The position numbers and the translations under genes are program-made. 64,000 bases of DNA from Chiloscyllium plagiosum (taxonomy: Eukaryota), in assembly GCF_004010195.1 (NCBI RefSeq), contig NC_057718.1, forward strand, positions 46,435,236 through 46,499,235, read 5' to 3'. The first letter of the stretch is position 1. Each line of letters opens with the position of its first letter. The notes under the pieces were generated by a model. It was not told where the DNA came from. It made no database searches and saw nothing but the letters and a program-made list of their open reading frames with translations. Of the stretch, positions 60,401 through 64,000 are shown one piece after another.

Positions 60401-63304
60401 GAGTAACTTCGCATATAGAGTTCCTGTAACACACTGATCCCACATTTTGCACACGTTGTTCTATAAAAGAAATTGAAGTACATAAACAATTTTTATTTTT
60501 CTGGAAAGGTTTCTCTTTCCACAGGAATTTAAAAGAAACTGTTCAAAATAATAGCTGAAAAATATTGGTTAATGCAGTTGATCTGTTGATAGCTATTGTT
60601 TCTTGTTTGTTTTTTTGTTTCAGGCCATTTGAGGATAATCCTGAGGAAGCGAAACCTGGTACTGAATGACTAAATACACTTCCCACATTAGTCAGAGCTT
60701 GTTGGCTGATGGATCTGCTGCTTCCTGCACTGAATTTCACAGTTGTGGCCTTCCTGTACACTCCAAAGATGAATATTGCATTAGCTCATACTATGTTGGA
60801 AAATTACTCCTCACTTATTTGGGCGGTTAATGTAACTCCCAAGGATACAGCCTAGCTTTTGGGAGGTAGAAGATTCATTATTCCTGGACGTAAGATAAAT
60901 TATAAATGATCAACAACTGCAGTTCCACATTTGACTGCAAGAAAGTTTGAAGTGATGTTTTTCTAATCTTATGTATGTTCTAAGGATATTTCAGATGACT
61001 TTCATTCTCATGGGCTGATCTGAAACAGAATTGTGCAGCTGCTAAAATAAAAAGTTGTATGGCTTTGTTTTTGCAGTTTAAATTGTGAGGCACAAGAAGC
61101 AGTTAGTGTATTTTCAGATGATCTAATTGGGTCTTAAAAATTGCACAGTTAAACTCTTTAATCTCCCCTGTCCCCATTTGGAAATCAGAAAATTCCCATA
61201 TTGGGCTAGGTGCATTTGAGATGCAACTGTAACCTTAATTTGTGGAGTTACTACCCCATTTGAGCATGGAATTTACAAAAGCTTTTTTGGTTTTATTTTA
61301 GGTTGTTATAGTTTTCTCATCTTGGTATTCTCTCCTGAGTCCCAAGTGTCCTGTCATTGTGAGGTTTTTGTAGATGCCATAGGTTCAAACTCCTGGATGC
61401 TGTTCTTGACTTGGTGGCAGAAAATCAACTAGATCTACACCTGAACATGCATTATCTTTTTCAATTTTATCTGAGGTCACTTACTATATATTTGAAATCA
61501 CTGTATTTATGATCAATTCAATATGGATGTAAATCTTATTTTTATTATTGCATAATATTGCCATACATTCAGGCTTGTCGCTCAGTTAAAACTACTATTA
61601 TATATGCTAATTGAATGTTGTTAAAATTGTATAACATAGAGAGTCTTTGCTTTCTTATTTCTGTGTTTGGCAGAAAAGCAAATTCATGCAAATGTCTATA
61701 ATAAATTGGACTATGTCCAGACTTTTCAAAGCAGGATTGTGAATTTAACAGTCTGGTGCCAGCTTTTGTGTTCAAAGCGAAGACTTCAGGCAGTGACAGC
61801 ACCGTTAAGTAAACTCTCAAAACATTAGTCAATAGAGACTGAGATTAGAAATTCTGGAAGTTGTCCACCTCCAGAAGTATGTTAGGATAGGGTTCCTAAA
61901 ATGTAACCCAAATTCCAGGAGGGCTCATGTGAACAGTAGGAACTACTTGGGTCCAGACTGTATAGAGTGTGGAGGATTTCAGCATGTTTTCCTTGCTGCT
62001 CAATGGGGGTAAAGTATAGGGAGAGGCTGGGATCTCGCCATAACTGCCAATCAATACAAAAAATAATCTGGGTTTTTCTTCATTCTGCTACTTTCTAAAT
62101 AACAACAATCAGTCAGTTAAATCTACAACCACTTGGATGTGACACATAACATCTCCATTGAGCATTTGTTTAACAAGCATGCATTGTTCATAATCTGTAC
62201 AACAATCCTGTACACTGGACAGCACCTCCAAGCTTCCTAGGCAAGCCCAGAATTCCACCAATGTTATTTCCAAGATTGGCATTGCAGTAATGGAGGGGCA
62301 GGTGTTTGCATATGGTAGAATAACCATTTGACACCCTACCCTCTTAGAAATTCTAAGAGGCCAAACAGGAGAGACTACTGTTGGAAAGCAGATTTGCCTG
62401 AAATTCTTCGCTTCACAAAAGGTCACTGGCATTGATTTCATGTAAAACCAGTGTGAAATATCTGGGTGCATACCCTTGAGTAAATTACAAGACCTGTTTT
62501 TACAAGAACAGCTTTATTTTTTAAAGCTGTTCAAATATATTAAACTGAAACCCAATTCTATTGTAACAATACGAAAAATTGTTAGTTCTAGATCTGCCTT
62601 GAAACAGTTACTAATTTTAAGTTATATTAAACTTTTGGGAAAGATGTACATTGAAATTTTGATCCTTCTGTAAAAGTCTATAAAAGATTTCTTCCATAAA
62701 TATTGTGAAGTACCAACAAACACATTAGAGTCCATTTTTAAAACAAAAAGTACTGTGATTATACATAGGTAAATGCTTAATCTTTTTACCACAATGCCAC
62801 ATTTTAGTAGAGACCGATCACAAAATGTTTGTAGAGAAAAGTCTTTTTCAGAGGATTGAAGACTGCCTTATTTCAAAGAGGTGACCTAAGGTTGAGATGA
62901 AAAATCAAATGGCAAAGATTGGTGACTTTTTAATTTTTTTTTGTTTTTAAATACTAACAGATGAATGTTTGTGCAATGTTCAGTATATCAGTGTGCTTAT
63001 TTGTTTCTTCCTCATCTTTAATCTTCAGGGATTATACTTGGAAAATTATTCATGGCCTTAAACCTTAGAAAATATAATCATTTGGTAGTCCAGAACTTGT
63101 GTACATTCCCAGCAATACTTGTTGCCAAAGCTTTGCAATGGAGAATACACAGTTAATGATAACTGAGTTTTAGCTTCTTTATTAATTTGTCGAATGTGGG
63201 GTTTGCTGACCAACCAGCATTTATTGTTGATCCCTAAACGCCCAGAAGGCAGTTAAAAAAGTCAACCACATTGCTGGTCTGCAGTCACATGTTCGAAATT
63301 TGCT

Positions 63305-63915
63305 TCACAGGTAGATTAAGAAGGCATTTAGCACACGTGCCTTATTGCTCAGACCTTTGAGTATAGGAGTTGGGGCATCTTGTTGAGATTTTCCAGGACA
63401 TTGGTGAGGCCTCTTCTAGTGTACAGTGTGCAGTTCTGGTCACCCTGGTGTAGGAAGGATATTATTAAATTAAAGGGGGTTCAGAATAGACTTACTAGCA
63501 TGTTGCTGGTATTGGAGTGTTTGAGATATAAAAATTGACTGAAAAGGCTGGGACCTTTTTCACTGGAGCATAGGAGGTTGAAGGGTGACCTTATTGTGGT
63601 TTATAAAATCATGAGGGGCACAGATAGGTGGATGACAAGTGTTTTTTCCCTTAGGGTGGGGGAGTTTCAAAAAAAAAAAGGACTCGAGGGGTGACTTTTT
63701 TTGTAAAAAGCAGAGTGGTTCATGTGTGGAATGACGTACCAGACAAAGTAGTGGATGCAGGTACAGTTACAATGTTCAAAAGACACTTGGATATATACAT
63801 GAATAGGTAAGGACATAGAGGAATATGAGCAAAATGCAGGCAGATGGGAGCTAGTTTAGTTTAGAAACATGGTTGGCATGAACTAGTTGGACCGAACGAC
63901 TGTTTCCACACTCTA
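63305..63915 (+). mobile_element. CR1 (HER1-like) LINE 3' part
   Basis: Homologous to 21230-22345, without the Penelope insertion. Confidence 0.8.
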
Positions 63916-64000
63916 TGGCTCTCTCTCAATGACGCATTCCTGCTTTCACCCCAAACCCATTTATATCTTCAAAACTTTAAAAATGTATCTCTCCCCTTCT

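Noticed and set aside
60543..60761. 72-aa minus-strand ORF starting MYRKA
   Set aside because: Only a superficial likeness to the MIT YRKG motif. The rest is unrelated.

Overview
Eukaryotic, repeat-rich vertebrate DNA. The SINE, LINE and Penelope repertoire points to a cartilaginous fish (shark); this is inference. The only gene is a minus-strand internal part of RPS6KC1 (ribosomal protein S6 kinase delta-1, a PX-MIT-split pseudokinase). Six phase-compatible GT-AG exons can be read: 40729-40853, 33601-33693, 17923-17970, 11433-11565, 2644-4377 and 2266-2355. The 5' (PX/MIT start) and 3' exons were not found and probably lie outside the window. The introns hold decayed CR1/L2 LINEs, HE1-like and other tRNA-derived SINEs, and a probable solo LTR. 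The most striking hidden structure is more than a dozen insertions from about six Penelope-like element (PLE) families. Most are short fold-back units: an 11-16 bp TSD, two inverted arms, and a ~35-37 nt unpaired tail. Each family carries its own minimal type-I hammerhead ribozyme motif, and several intact cores lie in the sense of the RPS6KC1 pre-mRNA. Other notable items: a candidate 14-nt stop-containing microexon, a ~147-bp templated capture of intron DNA into a LINE, a 126-bp tandem duplication, and several fold-back junctions. Repeat boundaries are approximate.
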